From an uncultured Acidobacteriota bacterium (lineage in GTDB: Bacteria; Acidobacteriota; Terriglobia; Terriglobales; Acidobacteriaceae): a stretch of 64,000 nucleotides of DNA. The stretch covers positions 55,429 to 119,428 of the forward strand of contig CAWISI010000003.1 of assembly GCA_963838785.1 (NCBI GenBank), in the 5' to 3' direction. Below are positions 21,757 to 33,462 of this stretch, in pieces; position 1 is the stretch's first letter, and each line of letters begins with the position of its first letter. Made by a program: the position numbers and the translations under genes. The notes below the pieces were generated by a model. That model did not search any database, was not told the DNA's origin, and saw nothing but the letters and a program-made list of their open reading frames with translations.

Positions 21757-22620
21757 GAGTGTCATCCCGAACACGTTCGCCGGAGGCGGACGTGAGAGGG
21801 ACCTACGATGCTTCGCAAGTAGCAGCGGCGTGAATGGGATCAGCACGCCGGTCGATACTCACAACGAGTGTCATCCCGAACACGTTCGCCGCAGGCGGAC
21901 GAGAGAGGGACCTTACGAGGCTTCACAAGTAGCAGCGGCGCGAGTGGGATCAGCACGCCTGTCGATACTCACAACAATTGTCATCCCGAACACGTTCGCC
22001 GAAGGCGGACGTGAGAGGGACCTTACGAGGCTTCACGACTAGCAGCGGCGCGGGTGGGATCAGCACGCCTGTCGACACTCACAACGAGTGTCATCCTGAA
22101 CACGTTCGCCGAAGGCGGACGTGAGAGGGACCGGACGATGCGTGACAGTAGCAGCGGCGCGAGCGGGATCAGCTCTGCCCGCAATCCTAAATACTTCATC
22201 GCCACTCCAATCCCACGTAAGGTCCCTCTCCCGCCCACTTTCAGCGGGCGCATTCGGGATGACACATTTTGAGGAATTACTGATCCAAACTCGCTCCCGC
22301 TGGTTTGTCTTTTAAACTTCTCGGGCGTATACGGACAGTGACAGCGTCGCGAGCGGGATTCAGCGCCTGTCGACACTCACAACGAGTGTCATCCCGAACA
22401 CGTTCGCCGAAGGCGGACGTGAGAGGGACCGGACGATGCGTGACAGTAGCAGCGGCGCGAGCGGGATCAGCTCTGCCCGCAATCCTAAATACTTCATCGG
22501 CACTTCAATCCCACGTACGGTCCCTCTCCCGCCCGCTTTCAGCGGGCGCATTCGGGATGACACATTTTAAGGAAATACTGATCCAAACTCGCTCCCGCTG
22601 GTTTGTCTTTTAAACATCTC
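21757..22620. repeat. Composite array: three 109-110-bp tandem half-elements, followed by a 298-bp direct duplication in which each copy carries one complete 178-bp palindromic MITE-like element
   Basis: GTGTCATCCCGAAC left termini at 21759, 21868, 21978 (degenerate, TTG), 22088 and 22386. Right termini ...TTCGGGATGACAC end at 22265 and 22563. Units are near-identical. Confidence 0.9.
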
Positions 22621-22676
22621 GGGCGTATATTAGGTACTGGAACTGCTGTGTAGTACCAGGATTGGCGAAACACACC

Positions 22677-22698
22677 AGTGGGCGCAAGCCCACTTTTT
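22677..22698 (+). terminator. Terminator-like hairpin (GNRA loop plus T5) between the repeat array and rimP
   Basis: AGTGGGC-GCAA-GCCCACT followed by TTTTT, 52 nt before the rimP ATG. Confidence 0.5.
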
Positions 22699-22749
22699 AC
22701 TTGCGGGTGGTTTCTGTGCGGCTTGGGAGGCATCTAAGCCGCTGTTTTT

Positions 22750-23246
22750 ATGGCAGTTGACCTGGATCACGTGCGCGGAATCGTAGAGCGCGTGGCGGCC
22801 TCGCTGGGCGTGGAAGTGGTGGAAGTCGAACTGCGCGGCGGCGGGAAGTCACGCATGCTGCGAATCTTCATTGACAAGCCGGCGGGTGTGACGCACGAAG
22901 ACTGCGCCGACCCTGAGTCGCGAAGTAAGCACGATATTCGACGTCGAGGACGCAATGTCCGGCGGCCCTTACGTGCTGGAAGTTTCTTCGCCGGGGTTGG
23001 ATCGCAAGCTGTCGCGGGCCGCGGATTTTGAGCGCTTCCAGGGAAGCCGGGTGAAGCTTACGACCAGGGACCCGGTAAACGGCAACCGGCATTTTGAAGG
23101 ACGGCTCGAGCAATTTTGACGCCGGGAGCCTGACACTGGATTTGGCCGAGGCGCGAAAGAAATTTCGTCCGAAAGAAGGCGCCGCAGAGAAGCTGGAAAT
23201 CGAATTGGCTAATGTGGAGAAGGCCAATCTGGTGCCAGAGATTTAG
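22750..23246 (+). CDS. rimP: Ribosome maturation factor RimP (2 frame breaks)
   Basis: MAVDLDHVRGIVERVAASLGVEVVEVELRG...LRIFIDKPAGVTHEDCA, then YVLEVSSPGLDRKL and NRHFEGRLE in other frames. Confidence 0.8.
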
Positions 23247-23340
23247 TAATTCGGTAATCGGGTAATTGAGTAATTTGAAATCCATTGATGACTTTCAAAT
23301 TGACCCGAATTACGAAATTACCTAATTACAAAATTGTGTT
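23247..23340. repeat. AT-rich, roughly 95-bp imperfect palindrome built from 8-nt-spaced GTAATT / AATTAC units (rimP-nusA spacer)
   Basis: gtaattcggtaatcgggtaattgagtaatttgaaa ... tttcaaattgacccgaattacgaaattacctaattac. The two halves are reverse complements. Confidence 0.8.
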
Positions 23341-23344
23341 TCTT

Positions 23345-24862
<1,518 letters not shown>

Positions 24863-24863
<1 letters not shown>

Positions 24864-24910
24864 AGACGTTGCTTGCAACGTCTCCGGCAAAGACGTAGCC
24901 AGCTACGTCT
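24863..24910 (+). repeat. Two adjacent perfect hairpins AGACGT...ACGTCT in the nusA-infB spacer
   Basis: GAGACGTTGC-tt-GCAACGTCTC (24863..24884) and AGACGTAGC-ca-GCTACGTCT (24891..24910). Confidence 0.8.
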
Positions 24911-24972
24911 GTACACACCGTGAGGTTGACATGAAGGCTTAGCGGGAACAGTCCGGAGGGACAAAGAGGCGG

Positions 24973-27872
24973 ATGAGTAAGATTCGAATTAACGATCTGG
25001 CAAGGGAGCTGGAAGTAAAGAGCAAAGCGATTCTCGACGTGTTGACCGAAGTGGGGGTCACCGAGAAGAAGACGCATTCCAGTTCACTCGAGGACCTTGA
25101 AGCGGACAAGGTCCGCGCGGCTTTGCAGGGCTCGGGCAATGGCCAGAGCGCGAAATCGAGCCGCTGCGGCGCGTCCGGATGCGGACGGAATAAAGCCTAA
25201 GATTGATCTCTCTCACATCTCCAAGCCGGGAGATGTTCTGAAAGCCATCCTGGCAAAGCAGCAAGGCCGCCGCTCCCGCACCGAGCGCGCCGCCGCAACG
25301 CTCAGTTCAGCCGCCACCCACGCAGGAAGCTAAACCGGCCGCACCCGCAGCTAAGCCGCCCCTGCCGAGCGCGCCCGCGGCAACCGCGCCGCCGCGAGTT
25401 GCAACTCCGATCGCGCCGCCACGACCAGCGGCTCCGGCCACACCAATTGCCACGCCGCCGGCAACGATCCCAGCTGCGCCGGCGACTCCTCCGGTTGCGC
25501 GCACACCATCGGCTCCAGTAGCGAATGCCGCGCCACCGGCTCCGGCAGCGACTGGTTCCAGTGCCAATGTCACGGCTCAAGTTCCACGTCCTGCCGCGCC
25601 CACGCAGCCGCCGCGTCCGCAACCTCCGGCACCGCGCATGATCGTGCCGCAGACCGGCCCGCGTCCGGTCTACCTTGCACCGCCCAGACCAGCTGCAGCT
25701 CCGCCGAGAGCTACAGGTCCGCAGCCCGGCCAGCCGATACGCCCGATGTCAAGTCGTCCGGCGCCCGGCAGGCCAGTTCCCGGTCAACCGATTTTTCAGC
25801 GTCCGCGGCCAGCAGCAGGAGCGCCCGGCACTCGTCCGCCAATGCGTCCCGGCGAACGGCGGCCAATGCATCCCACGCGGCAAGGTTCATCCGGTCCACG
25901 CCCAATCGGCGTCGGCCCTGGACTTCCGCCGCCAGGACCAACCCGTCCCGGCAGCCGCCCTGGAGGACCATCGCGCCGTCCCGGCCAGCGTTACGTTCCG
26001 CGCGGGGTAAAGGAAGGCCCGATGAAGGGCTTCGTTCCGCCGCCGCGGCTTTCGCTTTCGAATGAGCCGCTGCCGATAACGCGGAACATCACCATCACCG
26101 AAGGAATCAGCGTTAAGGACCTCGCCGAGAAGCTGGAGATTCGCGCGAAGGATCTGATCGCGCGTCTGTTGGCGAAGGGCGTATTCGCGACGATTAACCA
26201 GAATCTCGACACCGAACTGGCCAGCGAGATGGCGCGCTTCTTCGGCGCTGAGACCAATGTCATCAGCTTTGAAGAGCAGGCTGCGAAAGAAGCCGCCGAA
26301 ACTACCTCTACTGAAGAAGGAGGCGCCGAGGCAGTCACGCGGCCGCCGGTGGTCACGATCATGGGCCACGTCGATCACGGTAAAACCACGCTGCTCGATT
26401 CGATCCGCTCTACCAGCGTTGCCGAAGGCGAGGCCGGCGGAATCACGCAGCATATCGGCGCTTACAAAGTTTCAATGCAGGACAAGAGACTCGCCGGCGT
26501 ATCGGTCGCGAAATCGTGTTCCTGGATACGCCTGGTCACGAAGCCTTTACCCGCATGCGTTCCCGCGGAGCGAAGGCAACCGACATCGTTGTGCTGGTCG
26601 TCGCTGCCGACGATGGCGTGATGCCGCAAACGCTCGAAGCCATCGATCACGCGCACGCCGCGGAAGTGCCGATCATTGTGGCGGTGAACAAAATTGACAA
26701 GCCCGGCGCACTGCCGGATCGCGTGAAGAAACAACTCGCCGATCGCGGACTGATGCCGGAAGACTGGGGCGGCAAAACGGTGTTTGTCGATGTATCGGCG
26801 AAGCAGAAAACGAATCTGAACCTGCTGCTCGAAATGATCTGCCTGGTCGCCGACTTGCAAGAACTGAAGGCGAATCCAGATCGTCCCGCGACCGGCGTGG
26901 TTCTCGAAGCCAAACTCGATCGCGGACGCGGCCCCGTGGCCACCGTGCTCGCGCAAAACGGCACCCTGCGCACCGGCGACAATTTCGTCGTCGGCAACGT
27001 TTACGGAAAAGTTCGCGCCATGTTTGACGATCGCGGACAGCAACTCAGCGCAGCGCCTCCATCCACGCCGGTCGAAATTCTCGGCATGGAAGGCTTGCCG
27101 CAAGCCGGCGATCAGTTCGTGGTCGTCGCCGACCGCGATAAAGCCCGCGGCATCTCCGACTACCGCGAGCAAAAAGCCCGCGAAGCCACGCTGGCCAAGA
27201 GCTCCCGCGTATCGCTCGAAGGCTTGGCTGAACAGGTCAAGAGCGCGGGCACGAAGGAACTCAACATCATTCTGAAGGGCGACGTTCACGGCTCGATCGA
27301 AGTGTCTAGGCGATCTGCTGGGCAAGATGTCGAACGACAAAGTTCGCCTGAAAGTTCTGCGTTCAGGCGTGGGCGCGATCACTGAAAGCGACGTGCTGCT
27401 GGCGTCGGCGTCGAACGCGATCATCATCGGCTTCAACGTTCGGCCGGAGCGCAAAGCGCAGGAACTCGCGGAGCAGGAAGAAGTCGATATCCGCCTGCAC
27501 TCGATCATTTACGAGTTACAGGACGAGATCAAGCGCGCCATGAGCGGCCTGCTCGAGCCGACGATCAAGGAAACTTATCAGGGACGCGCCCAGGTGCTCG
27601 AAACCTTCCGCATCCCGAAAGTTGGAACAGTGGCCGGCTGCCGCGTGACCGATGGCCTGATCAAGCGCGACTCCGAAGTGCGGCTGCTGCGCGACAACGT
27701 CGTCGTCTTCAAAGGCAAAGTCAGCTCGCTGCGCCGCTTCAAAGATGACGCCAGCCAGGTCACCAACGGCATGGAGTGCGGCATCTCCATCGCCAACTAC
27801 GGCGACATCAAAGTCAACGACGTGATCGAAGCCTTCGTGACCGAAAAGGTCGCTGCGGAAGTGATGGCGTAA
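24973..27872 (+). CDS. infB: Translation initiation factor IF-2 (at least 4-5 frame breaks)
   Basis: [22 protein letters not shown], a long Pro/Ala-rich linker, G-domain [14 protein letters not shown] / LDTPGHEAF / NKID, and a C-terminal [25 protein letters not shown]...ECGISI. Confidence 0.92.
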
Positions 27873-27875
27873 AGC

Positions 27876-27959
27876 GCCGTCGTGCGTCGCACGTCGTGGG
27901 TCGCACGGCTTTTAGCGCACGACGCACGACGCACGGCCCACGACGCACGACGCACGACG
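27876..27959. repeat. CGTCGTG / CACGACG palindromic low-complexity element ending exactly at the DUF503 ATG
   Basis: The left arm contains CGTCGTGCGTCG (27878..27889). The right arm contains ACGACGCACGACG at 27919..27931 and 27940..27952. Confidence 0.8.
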
Positions 27960-28247
27960 ATGGTCGCTCTTCTCACCCTCGAACTCCAGATCGAGCACGC
28001 GCAATCCCTGAAAGATAAACGGCAAGTGGTGCGCAGCCTGAAAGACAAGCTGCGCGCGCACTTCAACGTAGCCACCGCCGAGCTGGATGCCTCCGGCCTG
28101 TGGAATCGCGCGACTATCGGCGTGGTCAGCGTCTCCGATTCTCGCGATTATCTCGATGGCTTGATGAAGAATGTCGAGCGCCAGGCCATGCGCATTGCGA
28201 ACAACGCTGGCGCCGAGGTGGCGGATTCGTTCGTGGAGTTTTTGTAA
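27960..28247 (+). CDS. DUF503 (YlxP-like) protein
   Basis: MVALLTLELQIEHAQSLKDKRQVVRSLKDKLRAHFNVATAELD. It sits in the typical position in nusA-infB operons. Confidence 0.75.
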   Translation: MVALLTLELQIEHAQSLKDKRQVVRSLKDKLRAHFNVATAELDASGLWNRATIGVVSVSDSRDYLDGLMKNVERQAMRIANNAGAEVADSFVEFL

Positions 28248-28260
28248 TTTTCATTACTGA

Positions 28261-28449
28261 GTGTCATCCCGAAAGGACGCGCTCGCGCGTCCGAGAGGGA
28301 CCTTACGAAGCGTTTGCGGTGGCAGCGGCGTCGGCAAGGTCAGATGAGCTGCATGCAGAACATGCAATCCTGCACACGTCTACGCGCGCTGCACATCGAA
28401 TGTACGGTCCCTCTCCCGCCCGCTTTCAGCGGACGCGTTCGGGATGACA
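28261..28449. repeat. Complete MITE/REP-like palindromic element (about 190 bp)
   Basis: GTGTCATCCCGAA...GAGAGGGACC at the left and GGTCCCTCTC...TTCGGGATGACA at the right. It lies between DUF503 and rbfA. Confidence 0.85.
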
Positions 28450-28563
28450 GAGTTAAAGAAACGCCGCACTTCCAAAAAATCCCGATACCCTCCCATCACC
28501 CCTTTGACATTCCGTTAACGTCAATTTCTGATATTCTCATTCGTTTTATTCCGAGGTGACGGT

Positions 28564-28922
28564 GTGGAGAAGCGTGGACAGCCAAATACCATCGGGAGCG
28601 CCTGGGCGAGGCCCTGAGGGAAGAGATTGAAACCATCGTCGAAGGTGAACTGGCTGATCCGCGCATTGGGCTTGGCGACGGTGACTGCGGTGGAAATGGC
28701 CACGACGGGCGGTCGGCGCGAGTGCTGGTCATGGTGCACGGAAGCGAGGAAGAATGCCAGCGCAGCATGGAAGGCCTGGTCGCGGCGGCGGCGTTCATTC
28801 GGCACGAAGTCGCTGACCGCTTGCATCTGCGGCGTGCGCCTGAATTGCTCTTCATTCTTGACCGTTCGGATAAATTCAATGCTCGCGTCGACCAGTTGTT
28901 GAAGCGGACGAAAAAGAGTTGA
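28564..28922 (+). CDS. rbfA: Ribosome-binding factor A (several closely spaced frame breaks; start uncertain)
   Basis: KYHRERLGEALREEIETIVEGELADPRIGL / ATVTAVEM / DGRSARVLV...AAAFIRHEVADRLHLRRAPELLFILD, assembled from three frames. Confidence 0.7.
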
Positions 28923-28947
28923 TTCAGGTTTTGAAAGCAGAGTTCCC

Positions 28948-29895
28948 ATGCTTGACCAGGTCCTGACCGAGATCGAACGCCGCGAGCGCTTCGTGCTCAC
29001 TTCGCACGACCGCGCCGACGGCGACGCTGTGGGATCGAGCCTGGCGTGCCAGGAAATCCTGCGCCGGATGGGCAAGCAGGCAGAAGTGGTGCTGCGCCAT
29101 GGCGTGCCTCGCGTTTATCAGCAGCTGCCGTTTGCTTCGACCGTCATCCAATCGGAACGGGTGAATGGCAATTACGACGCCGCCATTCTTCTGGAGTGCG
29201 ATAGCATTCAACGCGCGCGGCTGGAGGGCTTGGAGAACCAGTTCCTGATCAACATCGATCATCACAAGAGCGGCCGGACGTTTGCACACGTGAACTGGAT
29301 CGATCCCAAAGCCGTGGCGACCGCGGAGATGGTTTATCGCCTGGCGAAGCAGGCTGGCGTAAAAATTTCTCCGGAGATCGCGACCTGTCTTTACACTGCG
29401 GTGCTCACCGACACCGGCGCATTCATGTTCGAAGGCACCAGCGAGCACACGTTTGAACTGGCGCGTGAGTTGGTGCTGGCCGGGGCAGATCCGGCGCGCA
29501 GTGCACGCCACGTTTATTTCGGGCACTCGACCGCAAAGATGCGTCTGCTCGGTGCCGCGCTTTCTGCACTGCAACGCGAAGGTCCGCTGGCATGGATTTG
29601 GGTCACGCAGGAACAGATGGACCGCGTAGGCGCAAAAGAAGAAGATTGCGAAGGTCTGGTGAATTACGCTCTGGCCATCGGAGATGTCGAGGTCGCTGCT
29701 TTCTTCCGTGAACTGCCCGATGGACGTTTTCGCGTGAGCCTGCGCAGCAAAGGCAAAGTTGATGTTGCGCGCATCGCAGCGGAATTCGGCGGCGGTGGCC
29801 ACACTTGTGCCAGCGGTTGCGCGGTCGATGGGCCGCTGCATGCGGCGGTCGAGAGCATCCTCGGCAGAATCAGGGCTACACAAAATTTCCAGTAA
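28948..29895 (+). CDS. nrnA: DHH-family phosphoesterase (NrnA-like oligoribonuclease/pAp phosphatase)
   Basis: Intact 315 aa: SHDRADGDAVGS, DHH (INIDHHKSG), DHHA1 GGGGH. Confidence 0.8.
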   Translation: MLDQVLTEIERRERFVLTSHDRADGDAVGSSLACQEILRRMGKQAEVVLRHGVPRVYQQLPFASTVIQSERVNGNYDAAILLECDSIQRARLEGLENQFLINIDHHKSGRTFAHVNWIDPKAVATAEMVYRLAKQAGVKISPEIATCLYTAVLTDTGAFMFEGTSEHTFELARELVLAGADPARSARHVYFGHSTAKMRLLGAALSALQREGPLAWIWVTQEQMDRVGAKEEDCEGLVNYALAIGDVEVAAFFRELPDGRFRVSLRSKGKVDVARIAAEFGGGGHTCASGCAVDGPLHAAVESILGRIRATQNFQ

Positions 29896-29982
29896 GATTC
29901 TTTGTGTCCCTCCCTTTTAAAAGGCCGTTACCACAGAGGGCACAGAGTTACACAGAGAAAGCCACAGAGGAATGCGCTCCGA

Positions 29983-31575
29983 GTGAAGAACCGCTCACGT
30001 TTTACTGACTGGATCCTGCTGCTGGCGGTTCCCGCGTTCTTTTTTCTTTGGAAGCTTGCCGCGTTCGGACTGATCGGCGCCGACGAGCCTCGCTACGCGC
30101 AGGTCGCGCGTGAAATGCTGGCGCGCCATGACTGGATCACGCCGACGCTAGGCGGAATTCCGTGGCTGGAAAAACCGCCGCTTTATTACTGGCAGGCGAT
30201 GATCGCGTTTCGCCTTTTCGGGGTCAGCGATTGGGCGGCCCGTTTGCCTTCGGTCTTCGATGCCTTCCTGATGGTGCTGGCGGTGTATTGGTTTCTGCGC
30301 CGATTTCGTTCCGGCTCGCAACTTGATGGCGCGTTGGTACTCGCAACTTCGGCCGGCATCGTCGGGATTCGCGCGCGCCGCTTCGACTGACATGCCGCTG
30401 ACGGCGACATTCACGTATCGCAATGTTGGCATGGTACGCGTGGTTCGAGAGCGGCGAGAAAAAATATCTGGCGGGCTTTTACGGATTTCTGGCTTTGGCG
30501 CGCGCTGGCCAAGGGCCCGGTGGCGCCAGTTTTAGCTTTCGGGATCATCATAATTTTCGCGGCGCTGCAGCGGAGCGCACGGATCTGTTATCAGCACACT
30601 GTGGGTTCCCGGGATATTGCTCGGCGCTGCGTGATCGCTTCGCCATGGTATGGCCTGGTGCAGTTGCGCAATCCGCAGTTCTTTCACGTATTCATCGTGG
30701 AGCACAATCTGGCGCGCTTCGGCAGCCAATCTTTATCACCATCCCGAGCCGTTCTGGTATTACATCCCGGTCACATTGTTGGGATGGTTGCCGTGGTCGA
30801 TCATTGCGATTGCCGCACTGGTGGCCGCATTGCGGCAGTTGCGCAATCCGACCAGCTGACACTTTGCGATTGTTTCTTTTGATCTGGATCGGACTGGTCG
30901 TAATCTTTTTTTCGATTTCACAATCCAAGCTGCCGGGATACGTTTTGCCGGCGATTCCCGCGGGGGCGATTCTGATCAGCAGGATTTATTTGCTCGCAGT
31001 CTTCCGAAAAGATCGCGACCTGGATGCGATTCATGACTTGCTGCCGGGGCATGCGCTGCTTAGCGGGATGCTGGTTTTTGCCGCCTTGGTCGTTCAATAC
31101 CTGATACTTGAACATCGCGTTCCGTGGAATGCGGCTGCAGTCCCCCTGACGGTCTCCATCGTTATTGCAATTGCGATTTTTGTTTTGCTGATCAAGTCTG
31201 AGTTGCGCGCTTTGCGTACTGGCTACTCTGGTGCCCACAATTTTGGCGCTGGCGATCGCTCTGCGCTTCGGCGCAGTGCCGTTGGACGAAACGCTTTCCG
31301 CCCGCCCGGTCGCAAACGAACTGGCAAATTTCGATTCGCATCATCTTCCGGTCGCGGTGTTTCTGGTGCCGCGCGAGACCGAGTTCGGCCTGGCGTTCTA
31401 TCGCAATCAGATCATTTCCAATTATCAGATGCGGCAGATCCCGTCCGGCGAGCATATCGTGGTCGCTGCCCAGGGATTTCAGAAGAGCATCGCGAAAGAA
31501 AGCGGGCGGAGGGTTACGTATCTGGGGAATTTCCCTCCGCAGAAGCTGGAATATTTTTACGTCGCGGCCCACTGA
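29983..31575 (+). CDS. GT39/ArnT-like glycosyltransferase (PMT_2 family), multi-TM; many frame breaks
   Basis: GADEPRYAQVAREMLARHDWITPTLGGIPWLEKPPLYYW and later HHPEPFWYYIPVTLLGWLPW. A GTG start is assumed. Confidence 0.7.
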
Positions 31576-31762
31576 GCCGGTGCCGTCTCTAGCAGGACTC
31601 TGATTTCTTATCGCTATCTCCCGAACGCGCCCGCTCTAAAACGAAAACTGCATTGCCCTTCCTTGTTCCCTCGGTTTGATACTGCCTCCTCCTGCTACTA
31701 AACTCATGGGTTGCTGCGCGAAGAATCACCCGGTTTCCCCGCGGTGATCTCGCAGGAGTAGG

Positions 31763-32709
31763 GTGGAGATTCTCGACCTCAGGCATTTTTCTTCGGCCGA
31801 TCTGCGTCCTTTGCTGGACGATGAGATCAAGGTGTGGGCCGACCTGCTGTGCTGGGACTATACCGGCTCGGCGGAGATGATTCTCCGCTACATGGATGCC
31901 AAGTTTCTGCCGGGGTACGCCGCGGTTTCTCGCGGAAAAGTTTTTGGTTATTCATTCTTCGTTTACGAAAACAATAAAGGCGTGATCGGCGACCTGTTCG
32001 TGCGCGAAGGCGAGAACGGAATGAATCGCGGCGGAAGTCGAGCGCCGGCTTTTAACTCACGTCATCGAAACGTTGCAGCAATCGCCCGGGGTTCACCGCA
32101 TTGAGGCGCAACTGCTGGCCCACGAAACCGGATCTGCATCGAAACCCTTCGTGGAGCAGGGATTCAGCCGCCATGCTCGCCTGTTCATGACTCTACCTTT
32201 GACTAGCGCTCAAAATGGCGAGAACAAGCTTTCTTCGCAATTCGAAATCCGCCGCTGGACCGAACACGATTACCAAGCCTCCGCAGGAGTGATCACCGCC
32301 GCCTATCGCAACCACGTGGATTCCGAAATCAACGATCAGTACCGCACCCTCAGCGGCTCGCTGCGATTTTTGAACAACATCATTCGCTTTCCCGGCTGCG
32401 GTACATTCGATCCCGAATCGTCGTTCGTCGCGGTCGACCGGGAGACGCATGCCTTGGCCGGCATTATTCTTTGTTCACGTGTCCGACACGATGTGGGCCA
32501 CGTAACTCAGGTCTGCGTGTTGCCGGACTATCGCGCACAGCGGCCTGGGAAAATTGCTGATGGCGGCGACCATTCGCAACCTGAAGCAGAGAAAGTTTTC
32601 GACCCTTTCTTTGACCGTGACCGAGGCCAACAAACGCGCGGTTGAGCTATATCATCCACTTGGGATTTGAAACAAGCGCGTGTTCGATGCGTTTGTGTGG
32701 GAAGGATAA
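31763..32709 (+). CDS. GNAT-family N-acetyltransferase (tandem-GNAT-like; frame breaks)
   Basis: GVIGDLFVRE...; HVTQVCVLPDYR..GLGKLLM; AVELYHxLGFE recovered across frames. Confidence 0.6.
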
Positions 32710-32723
32710 ACAACTTCCCCGGA

Positions 32724-32922
32724 GTGTCATCCCGAACCCGCACGCTGCAAGCGGGCGGGAGAGGGACCTGACGTGGGATTGCAGCGCCACTGCAGTAAAG
32801 AGGATGCGCCGCCGCTTGTGCTGATCCCGTACACGCCCTGCACTAATCCCATGTACCCCGCTGCTTGTGCTTAAGCATCGTAAGGTCCCTCTCAGACGCG
32901 CCAGCGTCTGTTCGGGATGACA
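32724..32922. repeat. MITE/REP-like palindromic element, copy A of a duplicated pair
   Basis: Same termini as 28261..28449. Near-identical to 33027..33225, including the 3' flank AAGGGGAGAAAGTGATCACAATTCTGGATAT. Confidence 0.85.
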
Positions 32923-33026
32923 AGGGGAGAAAGTGATCACAATTCTGGATATGGTTTTGATGAGAGCTAGAAGCTCTCTAGTGCCATCACCCCACATCAT
33001 TCAACCGGCCAGTATTAATTAATCCT

Positions 33027-33225
33027 GTGTCATCCCGAACCCGCACGCTGCAAGCGAGCGGGAGAGGACCTTACGTGGGATTGGAGCGCCGCTGCAATAA
33101 AGAGGATGCGCCGCCGCTTGTGCTGATCCCGTACACGCCCTGCACTAATCCCATGTGCGCCGCTGCTTGAGCTTAGCATCGTAAGGTCCCTCTCAGACGC
33201 GCCAGCGCGTCTTTTCGGGATGACA
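33027..33225. repeat. MITE/REP-like palindromic element, copy B
   Basis: Direct repeat of 32724..32955 at a 303-bp offset. Confidence 0.85.
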
Positions 33226-33260
33226 AGGGGAGAAAGTGATCACAATTCTGGATATTTTTT

Positions 33261-33460
33261 GCTAAAGGCTAAGGGCTAGCGGCTAGGAGCTAGGAGCTAA
33301 GAGCTAGGAGCTAAGAGCTAGGAGCTAAGAGCTAGGAGCTAAGAGCTAGGAGCTAGGAGCTAAGAGCTAAGAGCTAGGAGCTAAGAGCTAAGAGCTAAGA
33401 GCTAAGAGCTGAAGAGGCTAAGAGCTAAGAGCTAAGAGCTAAGAGCTAAGAGCTAAGAGC
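33261..33460. repeat. Heptamer microsatellite (GAGCTAR)n, about 28 units
   Basis: gctaaaggctaagggctagcggctaggagctaggagctaagagctagg...agctaagagc, with TAA/TAG in every plus-strand frame. Confidence 0.95.
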
Positions 33461-33462
33461 TT

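Noticed and set aside
21757-22620. Possible CRISPR array, because of regularly spaced 109-110-bp units.
   Set aside because: Whole units, including the would-be spacers, are homologous to each other. The period is far longer than repeat-plus-spacer. The repeats contain inverted termini typical of MITE/REP elements, and no cas genes are present.
25200-26000. Pro/Ala-rich low-complexity DNA that looks like a repeat region.
   Set aside because: It is the normal variable N-terminal linker of IF-2. It is read continuously in one frame into the G domain.
32647-33000. 117-aa ORF, together with the ORFs across 21830..22613 and 28100..28559, read as protein-coding genes.
   Set aside because: They are translations of the palindromic repeat elements (recurrent ...CHPE... 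and ...GPSLP... strings) and change frame between copies.
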